Source: Bacillota bacterium
GTDB taxonomy: Bacteria; Bacillota; DTU025
Reading direction: 5' to 3'
Assembly: GCA_050951805.1 (NCBI GenBank)
Contig: JBMNJT010000002.1
Span: forward strand, 704,001-768,000
DNA length: 64,000 nt
The notes under the pieces: generated by a model
The model's database searches: none
What the model saw: only the letters and a program-made list of their open reading frames with translations
Told to the model about the DNA's origin: nothing
Made by a program: the position numbers and the translations under genes
In this document: positions 26,797 to 38,986 of the stretch, piece by piece
How the letters are laid out: each line of letters opens with the position of its first letter
How positions within the stretch are numbered: position 1 is the first letter of the stretch

Positions 26797-27933
26797 GTGG
26801 ACGGACTGGTGGCACTGGTTTTCGAAGGCGGGAGGCGGCAGGGCGAAATCAGCGGATGGGTTGAGCGGGTCAGAGAGGAGCTGGCGATATCTCTCTGCAG
26901 AAAATTGGCGTCGTCGGGGGTATTCGATGATGTCGTGTTGATAACTGACGGACCTGCGCTTGCCGACCGAGCTGGTGCTATCGACGGAGTATCTGTTGAG
27001 CTCGACCGTTGCTGTGACAACTACCATTTCGGAGCAAGGCTTGTGCAGGCGTTGCAGGCCCGGGCCGCCATGGGATTTGTCTACATGGGTGGAGGTTCGG
27101 GCTTCTTCATGACTGTCCCGGAAATTGTGAGCTTTGCGGAAATGGTCAAGAATAACCCTGAGGCCATTGTGGCCAACAACCTCTTCTCAGCCGACATGTT
27201 CGGAACCGCTAGTTCAGATGCTATTGCTCGCCTAAATCTTCCGTCGAATGACAATTCTGTGCCTATGATTGCCGGTGCCGCCGGAATGGATCTGGTGGCG
27301 TTGCCGCCTTCAGTCGGATCGGTTTTCGACGTGGACACGCCCTCGGATTTGCTGGTGTTAGCGTCGGTCATCCCTCAGCTTGCCCCCGAAGAGGCGGCTG
27401 TACTCGATGCAATACGCTCAGGCCCGATAGAGCCTGCCATGAGTCGTCTTGCCGAGGCCAGGGAGGTGTTAGGCAGAGATTTTGCCGAGGTTGGCCTCTT
27501 CGGACGAGTCTCCCCGGCTACGACAATGGACCTGAATACTTGCACCCGTTGCAGGCTGAGAGTGTTTTCTGAGGAGCGCAACATGAGAGCTCTTGGCCGG
27601 GACGTGCCTGGGGGCGCGCGGAGCCTCATCGGCAAGCACATAGAAGCAGTTGGACCGGAGGCTTTCTTCGCTGATCTTGCATGGTGCTGTGACGCAGCAT
27701 TCATCGATACGCGAGTTCTTTTCTTCCACATGCGGGCGGACTTGTCGCAGGAGGAGAGATTCGCGTCCGATCTTTTCCTCTATGATAGGTTGGCGGATAA
27801 TGGCGTTGCGCGGTTCGTGAAGGCGGCTGCTGAGGCCGGGCTGCCGGTGACACTTGGAGGCCACTCCCTTGTCTCTGGCGGAGTCAGACTGCTTGCTGCA
27901 GCAGAACATGGCGGGAGATGTGATGTGGTATAA
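26797..27933 (+). CDS. Uncharacterised protein with CofC-like / nucleotidyltransferase (GT-A) fold features
   Basis: VVLITD and FDVDTPSDL motifs; long ORF with plausible GTG start after GGGGGTGG. Confidence 0.55.
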   Translation: MDGLVALVFEGGRRQGEISGWVERVREELAISLCRKLASSGVFDDVVLITDGPALADRAGAIDGVSVELDRCCDNYHFGARLVQALQARAAMGFVYMGGGSGFFMTVPEIVSFAEMVKNNPEAIVANNLFSADMFGTASSDAIARLNLPSNDNSVPMIAGAAGMDLVALPPSVGSVFDVDTPSDLLVLASVIPQLAPEEAAVLDAIRSGPIEPAMSRLAEAREVLGRDFAEVGLFGRVSPATTMDLNTCTRCRLRVFSEERNMRALGRDVPGGARSLIGKHIEAVGPEAFFADLAWCCDAAFIDTRVLFFHMRADLSQEERFASDLFLYDRLADNGVARFVKAAAEAGLPVTLGGHSLVSGGVRLLAAAEHGGRCDVV

Positions 27934-27971
27934 TTGCTTAGTCGGCAAAGACACAAGCGAGGTGGCCATGG

Positions 27972-30533
<2,562 letters not shown>

Positions 30534-30555
30534 ATCAGATAAGGGTGATGAGTAT

Positions 30556-31678
30556 ATGCGAGCTGAGCTTGAACAACCCATAGAGCTGCTTAGCGAGAGA
30601 ATCGATGAAATGAGGACCTATCTTTGACATACCTGGTAAGTTGGAGCGCCTTGCTCAATGCGAGGCTCGAGCTGCTGAGCCGGGGGTGTGGGAAGATCGT
30701 GATTCAGCGCAGTCGCTGATGCAGAAGATATCGAGATTGCAGGCGGAAATTGCCTCTTATGATTCGATCGTTTCAAGATTTGAAGACCTGAAGATACTGG
30801 CTGAACTTGCAGATGAAGAAGATGACGAGGACGCGATAGGGGAGTGCTTTGAGGAGATCGAAGCTCTTGAGTCAGCAGTGGACAAGGTGGAGATTTCCCA
30901 TCTGCTTTCAGGGCCTCATGATTCTGCAAATGCCATCATGTCGATACATCCGGGCGCTGGGGGCACTGAGAGCCAGGACTGGGCCGAAATGCTTATGCGA
31001 ATGTATGCAAGGTGGGCTGAACGCAATGGCTATACCGTTGAGGTAGCCGATCTGCTGCCAGGCGAGGAGGCCGGCATAAAGAGTGCAACATTGATCATGC
31101 ATGGACACAACGCCTATGGATACCTGAAGAATGAAAAAGGAGTCCACAGGCTGGTGCGGATATCTCCGTTCGATGCTTCTGCACGTAGGCATACATCCTT
31201 TGCCTCAGTCGACGTAGTGCCTGAAATGGCTGAAGAGGACGTAGAGATCGACACGGCAGACCTCAAGATAGATACGTATCGTTCAGGAGGAGCTGGTGGG
31301 CAGCACGTCAACAAGACAGACAGTGCTGTGAGGATTACGCACCTTCCCACAGGCATTGTCGTTCAGTGCCAGAACGAACGGTCGCAGCACAGCAACAAGG
31401 AGACTGCAATGAGGGTGCTCAGGGCTCGACTGGCGGAGCTTCAGAGGGAGGAGAAGGAGAAGGAATTGTCCGCCATGCGTGGCGAACAGCACGAGATAGC
31501 CTGGGGAAGCCAGATCAGGTCATATGTGTTCCAGCCCTATACCATGGTCAAGGATCACAGGACAGAGTTGGAAACTGGAAATGTGGACGCCGTTATGGAT
31601 GGAGAAATCGACGAGTTCATCGAGGCGCAACTGAGATTGAGCGCTGCCTCTGCTAACCGAGACGCAGGGAGTGAGTAG
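30556..31678 (+). CDS. prfB: Peptide chain release factor 2, with programmed +1 frameshift at 30622-30628
   Basis: MRAELEQ...TYL then CTT TGA C shift site preceded by GAGGA; the +1 frame has SPF and GGQ motifs. Confidence 0.96.
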
Positions 31679-31679
31679 C

Positions 31680-32405
31680 ATGGCTCGTCGCGTCAGCCCC
31701 CGGAGAATCCCGCGGATCGCCATCATCATGCTTCTTTTGGTGGCCGCCACAGAGGTGGCAGTGCCTTTCTATGTCGAGAAAAAGGTGGAATCCGCAGTAA
31801 GAAGCGGTTTTGCTTCTGCCGAATCGATTTCTGTGGCGGCACGAGCGATGCCTGCTCTGAAACTCTTATATGGACACTTTGACAGGCTTTCAATTGATAT
31901 TGAAGAAGCTGTGTCCTCGGGCTTTGTGATCAGGCGAATTTCGCTTGACTCGTCCGATGCTCGAATCCCTCTGGGAAGATTCGAACCGGGATCTAGCCGC
32001 TGGGCTCGTGCTCTCGGCAATTCCCAGCTGGAGGTCATTATAGATGAGAGCAATGTCAATGACTACTTAGGTCACAGGGACGATTACCTTCGCGCCTTCG
32101 GTGTTCGGTTCCACCCCGGAATCGCAGAATTGGCGGGACGGCTTTTCCTTGGCGGCTTCAGTGTGGGCGTTGAATCGCAGGGACATTTTAGCATAGGAGA
32201 CGGAGTCAAACTAGTCTACGTAGTTGACAAGCTCATTGTGGAGAAGAGTGAAGTTCCAGCTTTTATTGTGGACATGTTTGAAGATGGGATAGCTATTGGG
32301 ATCGACCTTTCGGATCTCCCCTTTGACATAGAGTTAGAAAGCGTTGAAGTGGGCGAAGGCATGGTCCGTCTGCTGGGTCGCACTTCGGAGGGAGGCAGTC
32401 TGTGA
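31680..32405 (+). CDS. DUF2993/LmeA-family protein
   Basis: N-terminal TM, P...LL.G.FD.L.I motif, beta-rich body, LPF.I.L..V.V..G near the C-terminus. Confidence 0.7.
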   Translation: MARRVSPRRIPRIAIIMLLLVAATEVAVPFYVEKKVESAVRSGFASAESISVAARAMPALKLLYGHFDRLSIDIEEAVSSGFVIRRISLDSSDARIPLGRFEPGSSRWARALGNSQLEVIIDESNVNDYLGHRDDYLRAFGVRFHPGIAELAGRLFLGGFSVGVESQGHFSIGDGVKLVYVVDKLIVEKSEVPAFIVDMFEDGIAIGIDLSDLPFDIELESVEVGEGMVRLLGRTSEGGSL

Positions 32406-34456
32406 TGGGCCACAGGAAACCTCGGTCTATTGGGTGGCTGATTGCGCTGATCGTGTTGGCTTCAGTATCATCTGCTTGGATAGCCTGGCAAAGAAATCGT
32501 GTTGAGAAGGCTAACAGTGTTGTTGAGCTTTGCATGGATTACAGCGAAATCGCTCTTTACAGTCGCCGCGTTGGCATCAATATCGAGGACTGCCTGCGAG
32601 GCCTCGCTGAGGAGGGTATTGTCTCGGTCGCCTTGGAGGAGGATACCCTAGGCTCGATGGAGACGGCTGGGGAGATCGTGATCATCAGGGGCTCCGAGGC
32701 GCTTGCACTGGGATCGAACGGAAGCCCGTACAGGGATATCCTGTTGGCGGTTGCAGAGATGGAGGTCTTTTCACCTTCGGATACTATTGTCATCCCGTGC
32801 AATGTGGACGCCGCAACTTTTCTTGCGAACCGCTTGACTTTGCGTACGTGCGATGGGCCTTCCATCTCCGTGATCAGGGCGGGAGATGCAACGGGATACG
32901 CAGTCTCTCTTCCTGTCGATGAGGCACGCAAGCTCAATCTGGGAATCCGCCCGTCGAAGACGGCGCAAGTGCAGGCTGCCGGGCTCCGTGTGGTCGTTAG
33001 ATTTTCCAACTTCCCCAATGTGTCGGAAAAGTGGATAGACTCTGTGATGACATTGTCAGCTGTCGGTGCTATTCCGGATTGCGTCATATTCGCTGGAACT
33101 GAAGTCCTGGGTTATCCGCGATTTGTATCCGCTACAGTGTGCGGACTGGATCGCTTGGGAACAGTTTATGGCGACATAGAATTCCAGAATCAAGCAGGCG
33201 GACGCCAGCTGGCCCGGGCTCTCGATTACAAGACAGTGCGAGTCCACAGCATTAGCAGGGCGGAAGTCGATCGCGATCTTTCTGTAGCTGCGATGAGAGA
33301 CAGGTATGCCAGGGCTGTCCGGGAGCGCAACATACGAGTGCTCTACATGCGTCCTATGATGAAGCCCATTGACGAACGCAGTCTCCCCGAGGTTAACCAG
33401 TCTTTGGTGGCAGAAGTGGTTAGCGCAATCACGGACCAAGGCTTTTCGCTTGGCCCGGCTGCACCATTCGATCAACTTGATCCTGGGCTTCTTCTGACGC
33501 TTTTGGTAGTCTTGGGTGTTGCGGCTGGATGTGTAGTGTTGCTTGATGCCATTTGGGATCTGCCGTTTGCCATATGCATAGGGCTTGTTGCGGTGTTTGC
33601 CGCTGGATTTGCTGCTCTTTGGGGATTGGGATATCCGCTCTTGGCGAGGCAATCTGTTGCGCTCGCTGCAGCCATTGCGTTTCCCTCGCTCGGTGCTTTT
33701 GTTCTGTTCTGCCCCGATATTCCCGGGAAAACCAGGGATTGCGATACTTGCGACGATGGGGCGCTCTTGGCAAGCAAAGACTGGCTGGGATCTTCAGGAA
33801 CCAAATTCCTTACCGCATCGATGCTATGCCTTGCCGGTGGGCTCATGCTTGCCGCATGCCTTACGAGCCGCGCGTTCATGGTCAAAGGCGAACAGTTTTT
33901 GGGGGTCAAGGCAATGCACATCTTCCCAATGTTGTTCGTGTTAGTGGCTTATTGGAAGCGGTATGCGAGACGGGGCAATGAATCGCTCATAGCCTCATTG
34001 GCTAGGCTCAACAGATCCAATATCCTCGTGTGGCACGTGATTGTCATTGCGATTCTGGGTGTTGCAGGGCTGATATACATTGCGAGAACTGGCAATACAT
34101 CGTCTGTTCCGGTAGCGGTTCCCCAATGGGAGCAGAAAATGAGGGCTGCTTTGGAGAACATCTTCCCCGCAAGGCCCCGAACTAAGGAATTCCTCATCGG
34201 GCACCCGGCTTTTGTTCTTGCTGGCGCTCTTGTTGCTTTGGGGGAGACTGGTCTACTGTTGCCCATCTCCATTTTGGGCCTCATAGGCCAGATTTCGCTG
34301 ACGAACACGTTCGCTCATATCCATACTCCCATAAGCCTCACATTGGCCAGGGTCATTATCGGACTGGGGCTCGGGTTTGCGATCGGTCTTGTTGCAACCG
34401 TGGTCTATAGGGCCGTAGTTGCCCAGATACGTCGGGCTGCGGGCCGGGAAGGATGA
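32405..34456 (+). CDS. DUF5693-family multi-pass membrane protein
   Basis: R..VE...V.L..DY, RVHSI, RAVRERNIR.LY.RP, FLGVK, RPRTKEFLIGHP, NTFAHIHTP. Confidence 0.82.
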   Translation: MGHRKPRSIGWLIALIVLASVSSAWIAWQRNRVEKANSVVELCMDYSEIALYSRRVGINIEDCLRGLAEEGIVSVALEEDTLGSMETAGEIVIIRGSEALALGSNGSPYRDILLAVAEMEVFSPSDTIVIPCNVDAATFLANRLTLRTCDGPSISVIRAGDATGYAVSLPVDEARKLNLGIRPSKTAQVQAAGLRVVVRFSNFPNVSEKWIDSVMTLSAVGAIPDCVIFAGTEVLGYPRFVSATVCGLDRLGTVYGDIEFQNQAGGRQLARALDYKTVRVHSISRAEVDRDLSVAAMRDRYARAVRERNIRVLYMRPMMKPIDERSLPEVNQSLVAEVVSAITDQGFSLGPAAPFDQLDPGLLLTLLVVLGVAAGCVVLLDAIWDLPFAICIGLVAVFAAGFAALWGLGYPLLARQSVALAAAIAFPSLGAFVLFCPDIPGKTRDCDTCDDGALLASKDWLGSSGTKFLTASMLCLAGGLMLAACLTSRAFMVKGEQFLGVKAMHIFPMLFVLVAYWKRYARRGNESLIASLARLNRSNILVWHVIVIAILGVAGLIYIARTGNTSSVPVAVPQWEQKMRAALENIFPARPRTKEFLIGHPAFVLAGALVALGETGLLLPISILGLIGQISLTNTFAHIHTPISLTLARVIIGLGLGFAIGLVATVVYRAVVAQIRRAAGREG

Positions 34457-34498
34457 TCTTGAGTAAGTGTCGTGCGTGGGAAAGCAGGTGAGTGCAGT

Positions 34499-36358
34499 AT
34501 GCGGGTCTTGGTCTCCGGCTACCATGGAATGGGGAATCTCGGAGACGAGGCGGTGCTTGCCGCATTTGTCCAACACCTCAAGGAAATAGATCCGAAGGCA
34601 GAGTGTGTGGCGCTCTCTGGCGACCCATCAGAGACTAGCGCGGCACACGGCATAGAGGCGGTGCCTAGGGCGTCGCTTGGAGCTATCATTCGCGAGATTC
34701 GCCGGTCTGACATCGTCATAAGCGGCGGGGGCAGCCTCTTGCAGGACGCAACAGGCAAGAAATCGGTCCCATACTATCTTGGCATAATTGCCCTTGCGCG
34801 GATGATGGGTCGGCCGGTTTCAGTGTACGCACAGGGAGTTGGCCCTTTGAATCATGCTTTTTCGAGATGGCTGGTGAAGCGCACGCTCCCTCGGGCCTCC
34901 GTCATAACTGTGCGGGATGAGGCCTCTGCCCGTCTGCTGCAGGAGGTCGGCGTTGTGAAGCCTGAGGTCATGCTAGTTGCCGATCCCGCTTTTGGGCTTG
35001 TTCCCTGCGACCCGCCGGATGCCATGGCTGTTCAAGCACCGAATACGGTGATGTTCTGTTTGAGGCCATGGCCGGGGCTTGATGGTCGCGAGGCTGAATA
35101 TGCGTTAGCCATCGACCGTGCAGTATCGGAACTGGGCATATGCCCTGTTTTCCTGGCGTTCCAGCCTGACCGCGATCTTGAGGTGGCTCACCGAATTGCA
35201 GATCAATGTAGGGTCGGCGAAAAAAGTCCTGCTGTTATCTCGTGTGACATGGTGCCGGAGGAAGTGCTTGGGTTGATATCCCGAGCTGAGATGGTGGTGG
35301 GAATGAGGCTGCACTCTCTGATATTTGCCGCAAATGCAGGGGTGCCCGCTGTCGCAATAGACTACGATCCTAAGATTCGGGCGCACTGCCAACGCGTGTC
35401 GGAACCGTACATAGTGGAAGTGGGGGCGTCAGCTGATCAACTCTACGCGGCGATTGCCGGCGCGTGGGCATCTAGGGATGAAACGAGGGCGAGGTTGAGG
35501 GAGATTATGCCGACCATAAGAGAGCAGGCGAAGGCGGCTGCGAGCATCTCGCTTTCCCCTATATTGGACAAGCCCGTGACAGAAAGAATGAAAGCCCAAG
35601 CGGAGGAAGGCAAAGACTATATGAGGGCGTCAGTTCTTGGATCGCCGGTGGACTGTATTGGCATGGATGATGCAGTATACATATTGATGGAGCGTGCTGC
35701 TTTAGGCTTGGGAGCCCATGTGGTGACGATAAACCCCGAGATGGCGCTTGCAGCCAAGCGCGATGCTGAACTCGCTGATGTTATCCGCGGGGCTGACTTG
35801 GTTGTTCCAGATGGCGTGGGTGTGGTGCGCGGGCTGAGAATCCTCGGATACAAGCCCCCGGGGAGGGTGCCTGGGATAGAGTTGGCGACGAATTTGATGC
35901 GCTCGGCGGCTGGAGGCGAAATGTCATTCTTCCTTGTAGGCGCGGCACCTGGCATCGCCGAGGCAGCTGCAGAGAACATGAGCAAGGAATTCCCTGGCCT
36001 CAAGATTGCAGGAACTTGGCACGGTTATTTCTCAGATGCCGAGGAGGAGGAAGTTCTCCGCTGTATTCGCGATGCCGCCCCTAACTTCGTCTTTGTGGGA
36101 ATGGGAGCGGGAAAGCAGGAAAAATGGATAACGAAGGCGCGCCAGATGGCGCCATGCGCGGTATGGATAGGAGTCGGAGGCTCCTTCGATGTGATGTCCG
36201 GAAGTGTGAAGCGGGCGCCCGCCGCCTTTCAGAAGTTGGGCTTGGAGTGGTTATATAGGCTAGTATCAGAACCTCGCAGAGCAAAGAGGATGACGGCTTT
36301 ACCCGCATTCGTCTTTGCAGTCATGGGTGAGGCTTTTCGCAAGAGCAGAAGGAGTTGA
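34499..36358 (+). CDS. csaB: Fused CsaB polysaccharide pyruvyltransferase + WecB/TagA/CpsF glycosyltransferase
   Basis: N-half SGYHGMGNLGDEA, SGGGSLLQDAT, GMRLHSLIFA, YDPKI; C-half VVTINPE, PDGVGV, RVPGIEL, GVGGSFDV, LEWLYRL..EP.R. One continuous frame. Confidence 0.9.
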   Translation: MRVLVSGYHGMGNLGDEAVLAAFVQHLKEIDPKAECVALSGDPSETSAAHGIEAVPRASLGAIIREIRRSDIVISGGGSLLQDATGKKSVPYYLGIIALARMMGRPVSVYAQGVGPLNHAFSRWLVKRTLPRASVITVRDEASARLLQEVGVVKPEVMLVADPAFGLVPCDPPDAMAVQAPNTVMFCLRPWPGLDGREAEYALAIDRAVSELGICPVFLAFQPDRDLEVAHRIADQCRVGEKSPAVISCDMVPEEVLGLISRAEMVVGMRLHSLIFAANAGVPAVAIDYDPKIRAHCQRVSEPYIVEVGASADQLYAAIAGAWASRDETRARLREIMPTIREQAKAAASISLSPILDKPVTERMKAQAEEGKDYMRASVLGSPVDCIGMDDAVYILMERAALGLGAHVVTINPEMALAAKRDAELADVIRGADLVVPDGVGVVRGLRILGYKPPGRVPGIELATNLMRSAAGGEMSFFLVGAAPGIAEAAAENMSKEFPGLKIAGTWHGYFSDAEEEEVLRCIRDAAPNFVFVGMGAGKQEKWITKARQMAPCAVWIGVGGSFDVMSGSVKRAPAAFQKLGLEWLYRLVSEPRRAKRMTALPAFVFAVMGEAFRKSRRS

Positions 36359-37218
36359 TGACGTTGAAAAGAGTCGTGCTCTCAGACCCAGAGGAACTCG
36401 CCGCTAAGGCGTGCGAGATCCGCAAGCATGTAATTCGCATGGTTGGCGCCGCATCATCTGGTCACCCTGGAGGCTCATTGTCGGCTGCTGACATTGTGAC
36501 TGTGCTTTACTTCAACAAGATGAGGATTCGTCCGGATGATCCGACATGGTCTGGCCGCGATAGATTCGTGTTGTCGAAGGGACATGCCGCTCCCGTGCTT
36601 TATGCCGCACTGGCTGAAGCAGGTTACTTTCCGGTGGATGATCTGATTACTTTGAGAAGGATCGACAGTTATCTCCAGGGGCATCCCGACATGAATCAGA
36701 CGCCGGGCGTGGACATGTCCACAGGATCCCTCGGACAGGGGCTCTCTGCAGCGTGCGGCATGGCGATTGCCGCGAAGATGGATGGCGCTGATTGGCGCGT
36801 CTATGCCGTCTTAGGTGATGGCGAAATCGAAGAGGGTCAGGTGTGGGAGGCCGCTATGACCGCTGTCCACAGGAAGCTGGACAACCTGACTATATTCGTG
36901 GACTGGAATGGACTTCAGATTGATGGGCCTATCCGCGAAGTGAAGTCTGTTGACCATATAGGTGAACGGTTTGCCGCGTTTGGATGGCATGTAATAGAGA
37001 TAGACGGCCACGACATACCCGCGATAATGGCGGCTATAGACGAGGCCCAGCGAACCAGCGGGAGGCCTACGGCGATAGTCGCTCGAACCGTTAAGGGCAA
37101 AGGAGTCTCCTTTATGGAGAACGAAGCAGGATGGCACGGTACTGCTCCCAAACCCGAACAGGTAGAGGCGGCATTGGCGGAACTTGAAGCATCACGAAAA
37201 GGCGGTGTGGCGCAATGA
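36358..37218 (+). CDS. Transketolase, N-terminal (TPP-binding) subunit
   Basis: SGHPGGSLS, LSKGHAAP, STGSLGQGLS, GDGEIEEG. Confidence 0.95.
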   Translation: MTLKRVVLSDPEELAAKACEIRKHVIRMVGAASSGHPGGSLSAADIVTVLYFNKMRIRPDDPTWSGRDRFVLSKGHAAPVLYAALAEAGYFPVDDLITLRRIDSYLQGHPDMNQTPGVDMSTGSLGQGLSAACGMAIAAKMDGADWRVYAVLGDGEIEEGQVWEAAMTAVHRKLDNLTIFVDWNGLQIDGPIREVKSVDHIGERFAAFGWHVIEIDGHDIPAIMAAIDEAQRTSGRPTAIVARTVKGKGVSFMENEAGWHGTAPKPEQVEAALAELEASRKGGVAQ

Positions 37219-38159
37219 CAAAGATGATAGCTACCAGAGTGGCCTATGGAGAGGCCCTTGCCGAGTTGGGCGGGATCAACTCGGACATCGTAGTGCTCGA
37301 TGCCGACCTTTCTGGATCGACCAAGACTGCCGGGTTTGCCTCAAAGTACCCGGAGCGCTTCATACAGATGGGAATTGCTGAGGCCGACATGATGGGCACT
37401 GCTGCAGGTCTCGCTGCCACGGGCAAGACAGCGTTTGCAAGCACGTTTGCAGTATTTGCCACTGGGCGCGCTTTCGATCAGGTGCGCCAGAGCATCGCCG
37501 CGCCTGGACTGAACGTGAAGATATGCGCGACCCATGCCGGGCTTACAGTGGGAGAGGATGGAGGGTCTCACCAGTCTATCGAGGACATCGCGTTGATGAG
37601 AGTCCTTCCCAACATGACTGTGATAGTGCCTTCTGATGCAGTCCAGACTGGGTGGGCAGTTCGTATTGCCGCGGAACAGAAGGGACCGTTCTACCTCAGA
37701 CTGGGCCGGGCTTCCGTGCCGACGCTTTACGATGAAGACGCCGATTTCGAGCTTGGCAAGGCGAAGACGCTGAGGGAAGGGCAAGATGTAACGATAATTG
37801 CGTGCGGGGTCATGGTATCGCGGGCCCTCGAAGCCGCCGACAGGCTCGAGGAAAGAGGGATTCGGGCGCGCGTGCTTGACATGCATACCATAAAGCCCTT
37901 GGACGAAGAGGCCGTGCGTGCGGCGGCGGTCGAAACCGGCGCAATCGTCACAGTGGAAGAGCACTCAGTCATAGGAGGCCTTGGTGGCGCGGTATGCGAA
38001 ACCGTGTGTTCACGTGCTCCGGCGCCAGTGATACGCGTGGGTGTAGCGGATATGTTCGGAAAGTCCGGCAAGCCCGACGAACTTCTGGAAGCTTATGGGC
38101 TTACTGTTGAGAACATATCATTTGCTGCAAAGCGCGCCATAGAGATGAAAAGGGCGTAG
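37215..38159 (+). CDS. Transketolase, C-terminal subunit
   Basis: DADLSGST, GIAEADM, GEDGGSHQ, EEHSVIGGLG. Confidence 0.95.
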   Translation: MTKMIATRVAYGEALAELGGINSDIVVLDADLSGSTKTAGFASKYPERFIQMGIAEADMMGTAAGLAATGKTAFASTFAVFATGRAFDQVRQSIAAPGLNVKICATHAGLTVGEDGGSHQSIEDIALMRVLPNMTVIVPSDAVQTGWAVRIAAEQKGPFYLRLGRASVPTLYDEDADFELGKAKTLREGQDVTIIACGVMVSRALEAADRLEERGIRARVLDMHTIKPLDEEAVRAAAVETGAIVTVEEHSVIGGLGGAVCETVCSRAPAPVIRVGVADMFGKSGKPDELLEAYGLTVENISFAAKRAIEMKRA

Positions 38160-38216
38160 AAATACATTATAAAAGCAGATGTTGGCCGGAAGCGTCATGT
38201 TTTCCGCTTCGCTTCA

Positions 38217-38244
38217 GCAGGAATTTGCGCCTCTTAAGGAGAAC
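38217..38244 (+). promoter_or_regulatory. Sigma-H-like promoter upstream of ftsE
   Basis: GCAGGAATTT...GGAGAAC (AGGA-N18-GAAC). Confidence 0.45.
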
Positions 38245-38299
38245 CTGTTTTTGATATACGGTATGCTGTTATAGCCAGCTGAAGATGGGGTGGTTGACC

Positions 38300-38986
38300 T
38301 TGGTCAATATGTATGGGGTTACCAAGGTGTATCCGGGCAACGTGGAAGCGCTGCGCGGGGTAAACCTTAATATAGACAAAGGGGATTTCGTGTTCATTGT
38401 GGGCCCTAGTGGCTCGGGAAAGTCCACGCTTCTTTCGTTGATATACCGGGGGACGGTGCCTACGCGCGGGCACGTCCTGGTTGCCGGGCGCAACGTCGCC
38501 CGGCTCAGGTGGCGCGACGTTCCCATGCTCCGGCGTCGGATCGGGGTTATCTTTCAGGACTACAAGTTGCTGCCTGATCGCTCCGTCTATGATAACGTGG
38601 CTTTTGCCCTCGAAGTCATAGAGGCGTCTCCGAAGGAGATAGAGAAGAAGGTGCCGCAGGCCCTTTCCATGGTGGGCCTTGCCCACAAGGCTTCGGCCAT
38701 GCCCGAAGAGCTTGCCGGCGGCGAACAGCAACGTGTGGCCATAGCGAGGGCGATTGTCAACGACCCCCTCATACTCGTAGCCGATGAACCCACGGGGAAC
38801 CTTGACCCGGATACTACATTGGACATAATGGATCTTTTATGTGACATCAATGTGCGAGGCACTACTGTAGTGATGGCCACGCACAACCATGTAGTGGTGG
38901 ACAGGATGAGAAAGCGAGTAGTTCAGTTGGAACGTGGCATGATCGTGCGCGACGAGAGGTGGGGAGCTTACTGCCATGAAGCTTAG
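38300..38986 (+). CDS. ftsE: Cell division ATP-binding protein FtsE
   Basis: [43 protein letters not shown]. Confidence 0.95.
   Translation: MVNMYGVTKVYPGNVEALRGVNLNIDKGDFVFIVGPSGSGKSTLLSLIYRGTVPTRGHVLVAGRNVARLRWRDVPMLRRRIGVIFQDYKLLPDRSVYDNVAFALEVIEASPKEIEKKVPQALSMVGLAHKASAMPEELAGGEQQRVAIARAIVNDPLILVADEPTGNLDPDTTLDIMDLLCDINVRGTTVVMATHNHVVVDRMRKRVVQLERGMIVRDERWGAYCHEA

Noticed and set aside
36358-38159. Split transketolase as a disrupted gene
   Set aside because: Two-subunit transketolases with an ATGA overlap are normal in anaerobic Firmicutes.
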